A stretch of 64,000 nucleotides of DNA from Trueperaceae bacterium (GTDB taxonomy: Bacteria; Deinococcota; Deinococci; Deinococcales; Trueperaceae), in assembly GCA_965214405.1 (NCBI GenBank), contig OZ243956.1, forward strand, positions 4,434,327-4,498,326, in the 5' to 3' direction. A model generated the notes under the pieces. It saw only the letters and a list, made by a program, of their open reading frames with translations, made no database searches and had not been told where the DNA came from. Positions within the stretch are counted from its first letter, which is position 1; the number at the start of each line of letters is the position of its first letter. Position numbers and translations under genes: made by a program. Of the stretch, positions 10,226-20,593 are shown one piece after another.

Positions 10226-10404
10226 AGCCACCTCTTTTCAATGAACCGTCGTTTTTTGCTCTCCCTGTTTCATGACTATAGCCCAGTTCAGGCTATACAT
10301 GTTGAACATGTGATTTGTTGTGTTTTTGCCAAGGCATTTTGGTGTGCCAAGTAAACAGTTATCCTTCATCCAAAATTCCCGCCCAGCCGCCCCACCCCCA
10401 ATCT

Positions 10405-10768
10405 TACCTGCTTAGAAGCCGTCTACAAGACCCAGAAGAGCGACTGGAAGGCTGCGTTAAAGAACGTCAAGGGCGTCTACCTTACCGTTGACAACCGTTG
10501 ACAAAAGCAACGGCGAGAAGTACGTGGGCTCCACCTATGGTGATTTCAGCCTTTGTCTCGGTGGGCGCGTTACGTCGGCACGGGCCACGGCTGGAACGAC
10601 GCGCTCACCAAGCTTATTGTTCAAGAGGGCCTTAAGTACGCCAGAAAGAACTTCAGGTTCTCGCTGCTCGACTACCGGCCCATGAAAACGGACGACGGCA
10701 TCATCATCCAGCGGGAAGGGTATTGGGAGGCCCTGCTGACGGAGAGCTTCGGCTACAACCGAAACTAG
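10405..10768 (+). pseudogene. Frameshifted duplicate of the 3' part of the GIY-YIG gene
   Basis: Matches about 6855-7213 (GAAGCCGTCTACAAGA, GGCCACGGCTGGAACGACG, GCCAGAAAGAACTTCAGGTTCTCGCTGCTCGA); split over two frames; no 5' half. Confidence 0.85.
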
Positions 10769-10932
10769 CGGGTCAACGCGTCAAGCTCTATCGGCCGAGT
10801 GATGACCTACCAAGGACTGCGGGACGGCCTATTATTCTGACTCTTTAGTTTGGCAGAAGAAATCGGCAGAAGAAAGTGGAAGAAGAGAGCGCCCCGCACG
10901 CAAACCGGGTGCCAGAATTGGTATAAGAGGGC

Positions 10933-11727
10933 ATGGATAAAACCGAACGCGCAGCCAACTTGAATCAGGGTGACAGAAGCGAAAAAGAAGAGTTCCGGCG
11001 GCCCCCCGGCCCCGAGCGGCAGTACGTCATCGACGCGCTCGCGGGCGAGTCGTGGCGGCTTTTTCGGATTATGGGCGAATTTGTTCAAGGGTTCGAAGAC
11101 ATGAGCGACGTCGGCCCGGCGGTGACGATTTTCGGCTCGGCGCGTCTCAAAGAGGACCACCCCACCTACGCGCAAGCCGAGAACTTGGCGCGGCACCTTT
11201 CCGAATCGGGCTACACCGTCTTGACGGGCGGCGGCCCCGGCATCATGGAGGCGGGCAACAAGGGCGCGTTCGAGCGCGGCGGGCGTTCTATAGGCCTTAA
11301 CATCGACTTGCCCCACGAGCAAGCGCCCAACCCCTACCAGACCGATTCGCTCGACTTTCGCTACTTTTTTGTGCGTAAGGTCATGCTCGTGCGCTACTCG
11401 TCAGCTTTCGTGGTGTTTCCGGGCGGTTTCGGCACCATCGACGAACTCTTCGAGGCGCTGACGCTCATCCAGACCAAAAAAATCCTCCCGTTTCCGGTCT
11501 ACTTGGTCGGGGTGGAATTTTGGCAGGGGCTCATCGAGTGGCTCAAGAACACGCTCCTGCGCGCGGGCACGATTTCCGAAGACGACCTCCATTTGTTCAA
11601 GGTGGTGGACGACACCGCGAGTATCCCGGAAGAAATCGACCGTTATTACCAAGACCTCAACCACGCGGGCTTTAGAAAACCCGACGAGGACGACCCGGTG
11701 GGAAAGATAGTCAAGGCGGAAGGCTGA
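10933..11727 (+). CDS. LOG family (TIGR00730) nucleotide phosphoribohydrolase
   Basis: VTIFGSAR, TGGGPGIMEA, FRYFFVRK, FPGGFGTIDELFE. Confidence 0.92.
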   Translation: MDKTERAANLNQGDRSEKEEFRRPPGPERQYVIDALAGESWRLFRIMGEFVQGFEDMSDVGPAVTIFGSARLKEDHPTYAQAENLARHLSESGYTVLTGGGPGIMEAGNKGAFERGGRSIGLNIDLPHEQAPNPYQTDSLDFRYFFVRKVMLVRYSSAFVVFPGGFGTIDELFEALTLIQTKKILPFPVYLVGVEFWQGLIEWLKNTLLRAGTISEDDLHLFKVVDDTASIPEEIDRYYQDLNHAGFRKPDEDDPVGKIVKAEG

Positions 11728-11844
11728 CGAGTTGGCCCAAAGCGGGAGCTCGAGCCTCATTCCACTCCCGCCCTTCACAAACTTTACCGCCGTAACCCCC
11801 GTGAATGGCGGGTCGTCTTCACTGCCGGTAGGCCGCGTGTCCGC

Positions 11845-12159
11845 CTAACTTTCGTCCGACTCCGGCGGCGGCAGCTTCTCGCCCTGAGAATCCTGATAGG
11901 CGCTCTCTTCTTCCGTCTCGCCGCCCAGTTCGCCCGCGGTGCTCGAGCGCTCCTCGCTCTCCCGGACGACCTCTTCTTCTTCGGCCCGCCGCTCTCTCTC
12001 GACGCGCCCGCTTTTGTTCGTGCGGTTTTCCACCGCGCGTCCGGGTTTACTTTGCGACTGCTCTTTGTCAAAGTCGCTCACGTTGCCGCCGTGGGTGTTC
12101 TGGGGGTCTGAGGGTTGTTTGTGGACGGGGGAGTTGTCTTCGGTTCCTTTATCGCTCAT
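11845..12159 (-). CDS. Small acidic hydrophilic hypothetical protein (probably disordered)
   Basis: ATG 12159 preceded by AAGGA; 104 aa rich in E/S/R. Confidence 0.55.
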   Translation of the reverse strand: MSDKGTEDNSPVHKQPSDPQNTHGGNVSDFDKEQSQSKPGRAVENRTNKSGRVERERRAEEEEVVRESEERSSTAGELGGETEEESAYQDSQGEKLPPPESDES

Positions 12160-12308
12160 GGTGGGTCCTTTCACCAGAACTATACAGGTGCTTCCGCGCC
12201 GAGAGTAGGCTTTGCCCCACGTGGTCCCCAAAAACCGCCGGAGAGCGTGCAAGGTTTGGGAGAGGGCAGAGCCTACGTTCTTAAACTCGTATAGCGGCGC
12301 TTGTGCGG

Positions 12309-13667
12309 GGGTGCAGCCCGCTAGTGTCGGATTAAGCCGGGGCAGGGTAAGCGAGGTGCCTGAGCTGCCCAAAGTCAATGAGGGAATGTTTGGCACAGGT
12401 CTGGGCACGCAAAGAGGCCATACTGGCAGCACCTTGTTTGGACCAGTGCATCCCGCTTCTTTTCATACGGTTTCCGATAACGGCTTTGTTCATCCCTTCG
12501 ATTTGCCCTGAACCGATGGGATAGCCTTTTTCTGTGAACCGAGCATAATCCATACTGTCAAGCCGGGTTTCAAGATACTTTAGAGCAGTTTGCGCTTTGT
12601 CATCCCAGGTGAGCCAGACCTCGGGTTTAGGAAGGTGGTGAGCGAGCCAGTCACGGGCGTTGAGCTGACCCCGATACCAGTCACAGCGGTGGCGCGTTCT
12701 TAGGTCTTCATCCCAAGCCAGTGCTTGCATGATGGTGTCGAGGTACTGAGTGGCGTGGTAGACGTCGGTGATTCTTACGGCGTCGAGATGACAAAAGATG
12801 TTGTCAATCCAAACGGCTCCATCACCCAAACCGAGCAGCGTATCCGCGGGGGTGACTCCGGCTTCGTTGAGTAAACCCGCCACGAGCGTGACAAAGTCTT
12901 CGGCACAGCAGCGTTCGGCCAACATCCAGCGCTGACTCGGAGCGGCTTGCGGATAAAGTACGGCTGTTTTGAGTTCCAGGCCAGGACATAGCCCCTGTTC
13001 AGGTTGCCCTAAGACGTAGACGCCGTCCATTTGCAACACCATGACGCGTCCTTGTCGGCGTGCCGCTTCAGGCTCTGAACAAGACAACAGTCTGTCTGCC
13101 ACCTCGGCTCGACACGCCTCAGCGTAGGGGCGTTGCAAGCGGTCTAATTCTGACGAGCTAATCCTCAGGCCGAAGTTGCGCGCGATGTAAGCGCCTTCTT
13201 CTAAGGGCACGCGCGCTGCTAAGTCGGTCAGGCAAGCTAAGGCTTTGGGCGTCCAGCCCGAATGGTCTAAGCGTCTATCGAGGATAGCTTGTTTGGCTCG
13301 ACCCTCTCTATCAACCAGCCTTTGTACCTCGACATAGACCCGGCCCCACAAGTGCTTAACCGCGCAGCGACGTTTGCCGTTACCCCAATAGCCTTCAGGT
13401 ACTTCTCTTTTGTGCTCGGGGGGAAAAGCTCCGGCTATCTGCCAGAGCTTGCATAGTCTCACTCATCATCGCTTGATAATGCGCCAGCATCGCCGTCTCA
13501 ACCTCGGCTACACCCGCATCTTCGGGTAGGTCTCGTTCCAAAGCTTCTAAGTACCTGCCAAACGCTTCCTTCGCCCGTTCTTTCCAATCACCTGTCTGGC
13601 TCGTTTTCATCCGCCATTCTACCGCTGCTACGCCCCTTTTTCTATCCGCCTATTTGGGGTTGCACCC
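12309..13667 (-). mobile_element. Insertion sequence, ISKra4/ISLre2-like (prokaryotic Mutator-type), copy 1, 1359 bp
   Basis: Terminal inverted repeats GGGTGCAACCC / GGGTGCAGCCC; apparently identical inverted copy at 55149-56507. Confidence 0.9.
12332..13610 (-). CDS. DDE transposase, two overlapping ORFs probably joined by a -1 frameshift
   Basis: LQMDGV, GDGAVWI, DVYHA, PIGSGQIEG..K..RMKRSGMHW; ORF overlap at TTTTCCCCC is the same in both copies. Confidence 0.85.
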
Positions 13668-13683
13668 GCTGTTCAGGAGAGCC

Positions 13684-13713
13684 TTGACCCTCCTCGAGCG
13701 AGCGTGATAGACT
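13684..13713 (+). promoter_or_regulatory. Sigma70-type promoter of tRNA-Ile
   Basis: TTGACC-18 nt-TAGACT with extended TGn, 15 nt before the tRNA. Confidence 0.7.
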
Positions 13714-13728
13714 CCCCTTCGCTCGTGC

Positions 13729-13805
13729 GGGCGATTAGCTCAGTTGGTTAGAGCGCTACACTGATAATGTAGAGGTCGGTGGTTCAAATCCACCATCGCC
13801 CACCA
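13729..13805 (+). tRNA. tRNA-Ile (GAT)
   Basis: GGGCGAT acceptor pairs with ATCGCCC, anticodon loop CTGATAA, GGTTCAAATCC T-arm, encoded CCA. Confidence 0.97.
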
Positions 13806-13851
13806 AAAAGCCCCGGCGGTTTTCTTACAACCCGCTGGGGCTTTTTACTTT
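13806..13851 (+). terminator. Intrinsic (probably bidirectional) terminator
   Basis: AAAAGCCCCGGCGG...CCGCTGGGGCTTTTT hairpin between the convergent tRNA and htrA-like genes. Confidence 0.75.
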
Positions 13852-13899
13852 ATGTTTTGCGGCTTCGTGTTTTGCGGCCTCTACGTTCCCGAAAGGGAA

Positions 13900-15117
13900 C
13901 TACCGGAAAATCTGTCGCCTCGCGCCTAGGGTGAGCTCGAGCTGGATCGTTCTGTCCCCCCGCTGCACCGTGAGCGTCACCTCGTCGCCGACTTCTTTGC
14001 TGCGCAGCACCGAGCGGAGTTCGTAGTATTCGCTTACTCGGGTGCCGTCCACGGCGGTAATCACGTCGGCGGTCACATCGATCCTCACCGTTCGCCCCTC
14101 GGCGTCTGTGACAGCGCGCCGCTCTAGGTCGCGGAGTCCCGCCGTCGCCGCCGGGCCGTTGGGCTCGACGCTGCCGACAATCAGACCTTCGCGCGGGCCG
14201 AGGTTGAACCGCGGGTCTCTCGGGGTGTAGCTCTGCGGAATGCCAACGAAAGGCTGCCCCAGGCTGAACCCTATCGCGGGCTCGTCGTGTTGTTCTCCCG
14301 CCAGAAGCGCGCTCACCACGTCGCTACCGTCGAGCACGGGCACCGCGTACGAGGCGAAGCTGTTGAGCCCCACGAAGCCCCGCAGCAAGGGCGGTACAAA
14401 CGTGTCTTGCGGCGAGCCGTAGGCGATGTAACTCACCACGCCGACGGCCTCGCCCGCCTCGTTTAGGACCGGCCCGCCGGAATCGCCCGGACTAAGCGCG
14501 GCGGTGAGCTCGATGGTGCCGTTCGCAAAGTCCGCGCGCCGCGCCGCGACGCCCAGCCGCGTCACCTCGCCCGCGCGCGGCTGCAAAAAGTCGCCGCCGC
14601 TGTTGCCGATGGCGACCACGCCGCTGCCCACCCGCGGCGGCGCGGCGGCCAGCGGAATGTAGGGCACCTCCCCGTCGACCTCGGCCTGGAGCAGCGCCAG
14701 GTCTAAGTAGGCGTCGAAGGCGACCAGCGTGAGCGTGTAGTGTTCCTCGTCGGGACCCACACCCACATATCTAAGTTCGCTTTGCGAAACGCGCCCGTCA
14801 TCCGCATTCACCACGTGATACGCCGTCAGGATGAGGCCGTCGGGCGAGATGAAAAAGCCCGTGCCGATGCCCAGCAGCACCGACCTGAAAAAGCTGCCGC
14901 TAAGCACGTCGATCTGTAGGGTCGCGGGCCGCGCAGCGTCAAAGGTAGCCGCGAGTTGACCTGTCGGCGCGACGATTTCCGGGGCGGGCGGGTAAGGCTG
15001 CGCCACGAGGCTCGGCGCGGGCTGAGAATACCTCGGCGCGAAGAGGTAAAAGGCCAGAACGAGCAGCAACGAAAAGAGGAGCCAGACGCGCCTCGAGCCG
15101 GACTTAACCACGAGCAT
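13900..15117 (-). CDS. HtrA/DegP-like trypsin serine protease with PDZ domain
   Basis: N-terminal TM, GTGFFIS..ILTAYHVV, DLALL, PGDSGGP, C-terminal PDZ (DVITAVDG). Confidence 0.9.
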   Translation of the reverse strand: MLVVKSGSRRVWLLFSLLLVLAFYLFAPRYSQPAPSLVAQPYPPAPEIVAPTGQLAATFDAARPATLQIDVLSGSFFRSVLLGIGTGFFISPDGLILTAYHVVNADDGRVSQSELRYVGVGPDEEHYTLTLVAFDAYLDLALLQAEVDGEVPYIPLAAAPPRVGSGVVAIGNSGGDFLQPRAGEVTRLGVAARRADFANGTIELTAALSPGDSGGPVLNEAGEAVGVVSYIAYGSPQDTFVPPLLRGFVGLNSFASYAVPVLDGSDVVSALLAGEQHDEPAIGFSLGQPFVGIPQSYTPRDPRFNLGPREGLIVGSVEPNGPAATAGLRDLERRAVTDAEGRTVRIDVTADVITAVDGTRVSEYYELRSVLRSKEVGDEVTLTVQRGDRTIQLELTLGARRQIFR

Positions 15118-15299
15118 TCCTGAATAAAAAGTCGGTCATACACCATTTGGTCATACACCATTGTGGAACCTTGCGCCGCGAAAGTCTGCTCGGTAGACAA
15201 CATTGAAGACAACATGGATGACGGGAATGAGCGACAAAAGGTTCTGCCGGATTTTTCGCAAAGCTCGCTTGGCGCTCTGGCGAGGCGTCGGAAAATGAT

Positions 15300-16436
15300 A
15301 TGTCCCTGGTCACGCTCACCCAGGGCTTGTATAGTCGAAGGGTGAAGATTCCAACAGTAGATAACACAGCGAGTGATGCAGCAAACGACACCCTAGACAA
15401 ACCAGCCCAGGGCGCGCCCTCAGGGGTGAACAACGCGGGCGAGGCGGATTACGCGGCCAAGGTCGCGCAGGTCGCGGCGACCCTAAAGGCGTGGGAGGGA
15501 CCCATCGTCATCATCTCGCATGAGGACCCCGACGGGGACGCGCTGGGCAGCACATTGGGACTCAAACGCGCGCTGGACGCGCTCGGCAAGATGACCATCC
15601 TGCCGGTGGAGCCGCCACGCTATTTGCAGTTTATTACCCTCGAGGGCGAACTCTCAAAGCCGCTAGCCACCCTCCCCGACACCTGTCTTTTGGCCGTGCT
15701 CGACGTCGAGGTAGGGCCGCGGGCCACAGGCGCACCTCTCACGGGCGCAGCGTTCGTCCTCAACATCGACCACCACGGCACGAACGCCCGCACGGGCGAC
15801 CTCTCGCTCGTCCAACCGAGCCGCGCCGCCACCGCCCACATGGTCAAGGACGTGATCGACGCGCTGGGCGTCACCTGGACGCGTGAGCTGGCGACACCCT
15901 GTTTGACGGGCATCCTGACCGACACGGGCACCTTCCGCTACGGCAACACGACCCCCGACGTGTTGGCGGCCGCGGGCGACCTCCTCGCCAAGGGCGTCGC
16001 CTACAGCGAACTCACCGACCGGTTGCAGTGGCGTCACCCCGACTATTTTCGGATGCTCGGCAAGGTCATGTCGACGGTCGCGTTTCCCCTGAACGGCCTC
16101 GTGGCGACCGCGGAACTTACCCAGGCAATGCGTGACGCCATAGGCGAGACCGACGACGATTCGGACGACTACGTGGGCTTTATCCGCTACGCTGAAGGGA
16201 CCTACGTCGCCATCTTTTTCAAAGAACGCGGGAACAGCGACGAAGAAATGACCAAGATTTCGGTTCGCACGCGCGGGGCGGTGTCGGCGCAAGCGATTTG
16301 CACGGAACTCGGCGGCGGCGGGCACGTGGCGGCGGCGGGTGCGACCGTCCACGCGGGTTTGGAGGAGACGCGGACCCTGGCCCTAGAAGCTGCTAGGCGC
16401 GAGCTCGAGCGCCGCGGCATCCACGTTCAGGGTTAA
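15300..16436 (+). CDS. nrnA: DHH/DHHA1 phosphoesterase (NrnA-like oligoribonuclease/pAp phosphatase)
   Basis: HEDPDGDALGS, IDHH, GILTDTGTF, GGGGHVAAAG; the true start is probably downstream of 15300. Confidence 0.85.
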   Translation: MSLVTLTQGLYSRRVKIPTVDNTASDAANDTLDKPAQGAPSGVNNAGEADYAAKVAQVAATLKAWEGPIVIISHEDPDGDALGSTLGLKRALDALGKMTILPVEPPRYLQFITLEGELSKPLATLPDTCLLAVLDVEVGPRATGAPLTGAAFVLNIDHHGTNARTGDLSLVQPSRAATAHMVKDVIDALGVTWTRELATPCLTGILTDTGTFRYGNTTPDVLAAAGDLLAKGVAYSELTDRLQWRHPDYFRMLGKVMSTVAFPLNGLVATAELTQAMRDAIGETDDDSDDYVGFIRYAEGTYVAIFFKERGNSDEEMTKISVRTRGAVSAQAICTELGGGGHVAAAGATVHAGLEETRTLALEAARRELERRGIHVQG

Positions 16437-16478
16437 ACCCTCTCTTAAGCCCACGTCCCGCATAAAAACGTTTAGGCG

Positions 16479-17324
16479 TTAGGAGGACGTCTGGAGCGCT
16501 CGAGCGCGCGCAGCAAGCTCCGGCAGACCGGTGAGGTTTATCTCGACCTCCAGGCCCTGCGCCGCCAGCCAGGGCAAAACCTCCTCGGTAGGGAGATTGC
16601 CGACGAGTTCGTCACCCGCAAAAGGGCAACCGCCGACGCCGCCTAACGCGCCCTCGAGCCAGCGCAGACCGTGGGTGAGCGCCTTCTCGAGCGTCCCCTG
16701 CCAAGAACCGGGACGCGCGTGGAGGTGGAGGCCCAAATCCCGCACCTCCCCAATCGCCTCCAACACGCTCCCCAACCGCGCCGGAGTCGCCGTGCCGACG
16801 GTATCGGCTAAGACGATATTTTGAACACCCATCTCGCGGAGCCGCGCGACCGCCGCCGCCGTGTCGCCCGGTGACCAGGGTTCGCCGTAGGGGTTGCCGA
16901 AGCCCATCGACAGATAAACGACGAGGGTGAGCCCGCCCGCCTTTGTCGCCTCCAGCATCTCCTCTACCAGCGGCCACGACGCCTCTAGGCTCCGGTTGGT
17001 GTTGCGCCTTTGAAAGGTGTCGTTGACCGACAAGGGATAGCCGACGCTCGAGACGTTGGGCGCTCCTAACGCGCGCGCCAGCCCCTTCTCGTTGGCGATA
17101 ATGCAGAGAAAATCGGTATTTTGAGGACGCGTCAAGCCCGAGAGAACCGCCTCGGTGTCCGCAAGCTGCGGCACCGCCTTGAGGGAAACGAACGAGCCCA
17201 AGTCGAGGTGACGAAAACCCGCACTGAGGAGGGCGTCTAAGTAGGTGCGCTTTTCTTCCGTAGGAATGGTGTGGGCGAGGCCCTGCCACGAATCGCGGGG
17301 ACATTCGACGTAACGTAGGGTCAC
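16479..17324 (-). CDS. Hydroxymethylglutaryl-CoA lyase
   Basis: ECPRDSWQG, SFVS.KAVPQLAD, LADTVG, GLHLH, GGCPFA..GNLPTE; TATACT 5 nt before GTG. Confidence 0.88.
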   Translation of the reverse strand: MTLRYVECPRDSWQGLAHTIPTEEKRTYLDALLSAGFRHLDLGSFVSLKAVPQLADTEAVLSGLTRPQNTDFLCIIANEKGLARALGAPNVSSVGYPLSVNDTFQRRNTNRSLEASWPLVEEMLEATKAGGLTLVVYLSMGFGNPYGEPWSPGDTAAAVARLREMGVQNIVLADTVGTATPARLGSVLEAIGEVRDLGLHLHARPGSWQGTLEKALTHGLRWLEGALGGVGGCPFAGDELVGNLPTEEVLPWLAAQGLEVEINLTGLPELAARARALQTSS

Positions 17325-17448
17325 GGGTCAGTATAAAACTCGCAGTAGGTCGCATCTGTCTGGACGCGAACTTCCCCTACCGTTTCTGCTCGAGCCCCCG
17401 CTCACTCTCCCCTACCCCTTCTCAAAGCCGCCTCTGCTACACTAAACC

Positions 17449-19806
17449 ATGAGTACGAACGCCCTGGACGCACGCACGGCCGCCGCCAAGATTCCCGCTG
17501 ACGAAAACAGAACGGTGACGCCCAACTTTATTACCGACATCATTGATGAGGACATTCGGGCGGGCAGGATCAGTGAGGTGGTAACTCGCTTTCCGCCTGA
17601 ACCCAACGGCTACGCCCACTTGGGCCACGCCATTGCGAGCTTTATCGACTTCGGTACCGCGAACGACTACGGCGGACGCTGCAACCTGCGCTTTGACGAC
17701 ACCAACCCAACGGCTGAGCGCATGGAGTACGCCGAGGCGTTAGAGCGTGACGTCCGCTGGCTCGGCTGGCGTTGGGACGGCAAGTTTTTTGCCTCGGACT
17801 ATTTCGAGAGGCTTTACACCTTTGCCGTGAGGCTGATTGAAGAGGGCAAAGCCTACGTAGACAGCCTTTCCGAAGAAGAAATTCAGGATTACCGGGGTAC
17901 GGTAACGGAGCCAGGGCGTGAGAGCCCGTACCGGACGCGTTCAGCAGAAGAAAATTTGGACCTTTTCGCGCGGATGCGCGCAGGCGAGTTTGCGGACGGG
18001 GCGCATGTGCTGCGCGCCAAGATTGACATGGCGGCCCCCAATATGAAGATGCGCGACCCGCTCCTCTACCGCATCCGTCACGCGCACCACTACCGCACGG
18101 GCAGTGAGTGGCCGATTTACCCGATGTACGACTTTGCACACGGACTTTCGGACGCGGTTGAAGGTGTGACCCACAGCCTCTGCTCCTTGGAATTTGTAGA
18201 AAACCGCGCCGTATACGATTGGCTGATGGAGAACCTTATCGGCACGCCGCGCCCCTACCAGTACGAGTTTGGGCGACGCAGCATCGAGTATACGGTAGTC
18301 AGCAAGCGTAAGCTGATGCAACTCGTTCGGGAAGGCTTCGTGAACGGCTGGGACGACCCGCGGATGCCGACCCTGGCAGGGCTTCGGCGACGCGGCGTGA
18401 GGCCCCAAGCCATCCGAGAGTTCGCCTCCCGTGTGGGCATCTCCCGCACGAACCGCACTGTGGATATCGCGCTTTTAGAATACGCCGTCCGCGACGACTT
18501 AAATACCCAGGCCCCAAGGGTGATGGCGGTGCTCAATCCCCTCAAGATCGTCCTCACCAACTATCCCGAGAACAAAGAGGAAGCGTTGGAGGCCCCCTAC
18601 TGGCCCCACGACGTTCCCAAAGAAGGCTCGCGCATGGTGCCCTTCGCCCGCGAACTCTTTATCGAGCAAGATGACTTTCTGGAGGAGCCGCCCAGAGGCT
18701 TTCACCGCTTGGCCCCCGGCGGCGAGGTGCGGCTCCGCTACGCCTACGTCATCCGCTGTGATGAGGTCGTCAAAGATGAAAGGGGCCACGTGACCGAGCT
18801 GCGCTGCTCGTACGACCCCGACACGCTGGGGCAAAATCCAAAAGGCCGCAAGGTCAAGGGCACCGTCCACTGGGCGAGCGCCGCGCACGCGCTGCCCGCC
18901 GAGATGCGCCTTTATGACCGGCTCTTCAGCGTCCCCAACCCCGACGCGGGCGACGCACCCTTTACGAACTACCTCAACCCCGATTCGCTCATCACGACCC
19001 GCGGCTTTGTCGAGCCGAGCGTGGCGAACGACCCCGAGGAGACGCGTTACCAGTTCGAGCGGCAGGGTTACTTTGTGAGAGACCCGGACTCGAGCCCCTC
19101 TCACCTCGTCTTCAACCGCATCGTGCCGCTCAAATCCGCGTGGGATGCCAGAACGGAAGATGTGCAGGGGGAGATTGAGGAAAGGGCGAAAAAGGAACGC
19201 GCCCCCAAAGGTGAAACCGAACCGACCAAAGCCGCGCAGCGCGACCCCACGCTGGACTTCACTTCTGAACAGCGCTCGAGGTTGGAGCACTACACCTTCG
19301 ACCTCGGCCTGAGCGGCGACGACGCGGCTATTTTGGCAGCCGATAGTGAGCTTTCAGCCTTTTTTGAAGAGGCGTTGAAGACGCACGACAACCCGCAGGG
19401 CGTCGCCAACTGGATGGTCAACGAACTCCTGCGCGCGCTTAAAGACACATCTCTTGCAGCGCTCCTTGTCCAGCCCGCGCACCTGGGCGAGTTGGTGGCG
19501 CTCGTGGACGACGAGACCATCTCGAGCCGCATCGCCAAAGAGGTGTTTGGGGTGATGTTGGAAACGGGCGAGCGTCCCAGAGCCGTTGTGGAGGCGCGGG
19601 GGCTCGAGCAGGTCACGGATGTGGGGAGGCTCGAGACCGTGGTGGACAAGCTGATGAGTGAAAATCCCGACAAGGTCGCGGCGTACCGGGGCGGCAAAAC
19701 GGGGCTGCTAGGCTTTTTCGTAGGCGGGGTGATGCGCGAGACGCAGGGCAAGGCGAACCCGCAGCTTGTGCAGGCGTTGGTGCAGGAGAGGCTTCGGGAA
19801 GAGTAA
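17449..19806 (+). CDS. glnS: Glutamine--tRNA ligase with C-terminal YqeY/GatB-like domain
   Basis: TRFPPEPNGYAHLGH, LRFDDTNP, VVSKR, FERQGYF; C-terminal GFFVGGVMRETQGKANP. Confidence 0.96.
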   Translation: MSTNALDARTAAAKIPADENRTVTPNFITDIIDEDIRAGRISEVVTRFPPEPNGYAHLGHAIASFIDFGTANDYGGRCNLRFDDTNPTAERMEYAEALERDVRWLGWRWDGKFFASDYFERLYTFAVRLIEEGKAYVDSLSEEEIQDYRGTVTEPGRESPYRTRSAEENLDLFARMRAGEFADGAHVLRAKIDMAAPNMKMRDPLLYRIRHAHHYRTGSEWPIYPMYDFAHGLSDAVEGVTHSLCSLEFVENRAVYDWLMENLIGTPRPYQYEFGRRSIEYTVVSKRKLMQLVREGFVNGWDDPRMPTLAGLRRRGVRPQAIREFASRVGISRTNRTVDIALLEYAVRDDLNTQAPRVMAVLNPLKIVLTNYPENKEEALEAPYWPHDVPKEGSRMVPFARELFIEQDDFLEEPPRGFHRLAPGGEVRLRYAYVIRCDEVVKDERGHVTELRCSYDPDTLGQNPKGRKVKGTVHWASAAHALPAEMRLYDRLFSVPNPDAGDAPFTNYLNPDSLITTRGFVEPSVANDPEETRYQFERQGYFVRDPDSSPSHLVFNRIVPLKSAWDARTEDVQGEIEERAKKERAPKGETEPTKAAQRDPTLDFTSEQRSRLEHYTFDLGLSGDDAAILAADSELSAFFEEALKTHDNPQGVANWMVNELLRALKDTSLAALLVQPAHLGELVALVDDETISSRIAKEVFGVMLETGERPRAVVEARGLEQVTDVGRLETVVDKLMSENPDKVAAYRGGKTGLLGFFVGGVMRETQGKANPQLVQALVQERLREE

Positions 19807-19816
19807 GGATAACAGA

Positions 19817-20401
19817 GTGACCGTGAAGCCGCTGACCTATGAACTCAAGAACAGCCTCTCGCTCCTCGTTCGTGAAGCGGAGGCTGAGGACGCCGGGGCG
19901 CTCCTCACCCATGTCAACAGTGTGGGGGGTGAGTCGGATTACCTCGCCCTCGGCCCCGGCGAATTTGAACTTACAGAGCGCGAAGAGGCGGAGTTTTTGC
20001 GGGCATGTCGCGCGTCGGAAAATCAGGTGTACCTGCTTGCTCTGGTTGGGGATGAAATTGTCGGCGCCCTCAACTTTTCGGCGGGTCACAGGCCTCGCGT
20101 TAAACACAGCGGCGAGTTGGGTATGTCGGTGCGGAAGGCTTATTGGGGGCTGGGGGTGGGCTCCAAGCTGCTCGACACACTTTTAGACTGGGCGCGGCAA
20201 ACCGGCACCATCAAGAAAATCAACCTGCGCGTGAGGACGGACAACCGCCGCGCCATCCTGCTTTATGAGCGAAAAGGGTTTGTTAGAGAAGGAACCATCC
20301 GTAAGGAAATCTTTTTGGACGGGGTTTACTATGACCTCGAGTGGATGGGTCTCGTTCTGAGTGAACAAGGGGAAACGGTTGAGACGCATGTGAACAAGTA
20401 G
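19817..20401 (+). CDS. GNAT family N-acetyltransferase
   Basis: GMSVRKAYWGLGVGS motif A, NRRAILLYERKGF. Confidence 0.88.
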   Translation: MTVKPLTYELKNSLSLLVREAEAEDAGALLTHVNSVGGESDYLALGPGEFELTEREEAEFLRACRASENQVYLLALVGDEIVGALNFSAGHRPRVKHSGELGMSVRKAYWGLGVGSKLLDTLLDWARQTGTIKKINLRVRTDNRRAILLYERKGFVREGTIRKEIFLDGVYYDLEWMGLVLSEQGETVETHVNK

Positions 20402-20593
20402 ACCTGTAAATAAACGAGATAACGAGCGAAACCTTTTACTTTTCCTTTAAACATTATTCAAAACGTGACTGATGTCTCGCTCTACTTGTTGACCGACCTC
20501 TAAAATAAACTACGGGACTCCTCCCGTAATCTGTGTGGCTGAGTTTTTCCCTTTTTCTTGTGAGTTCTCAGCCCTCACTGTAGGAGGTAGAGA

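Noticed and set aside
11845..12432. 195-aa version of the small acidic protein
   Set aside because: The extension starts inside the IS; the SD-supported start is ATG 12159.
17449..19806. GlnRS-YqeY fusion as a novelty
   Set aside because: Already described for Deinococcus GlnRS; used only as a taxonomic clue.
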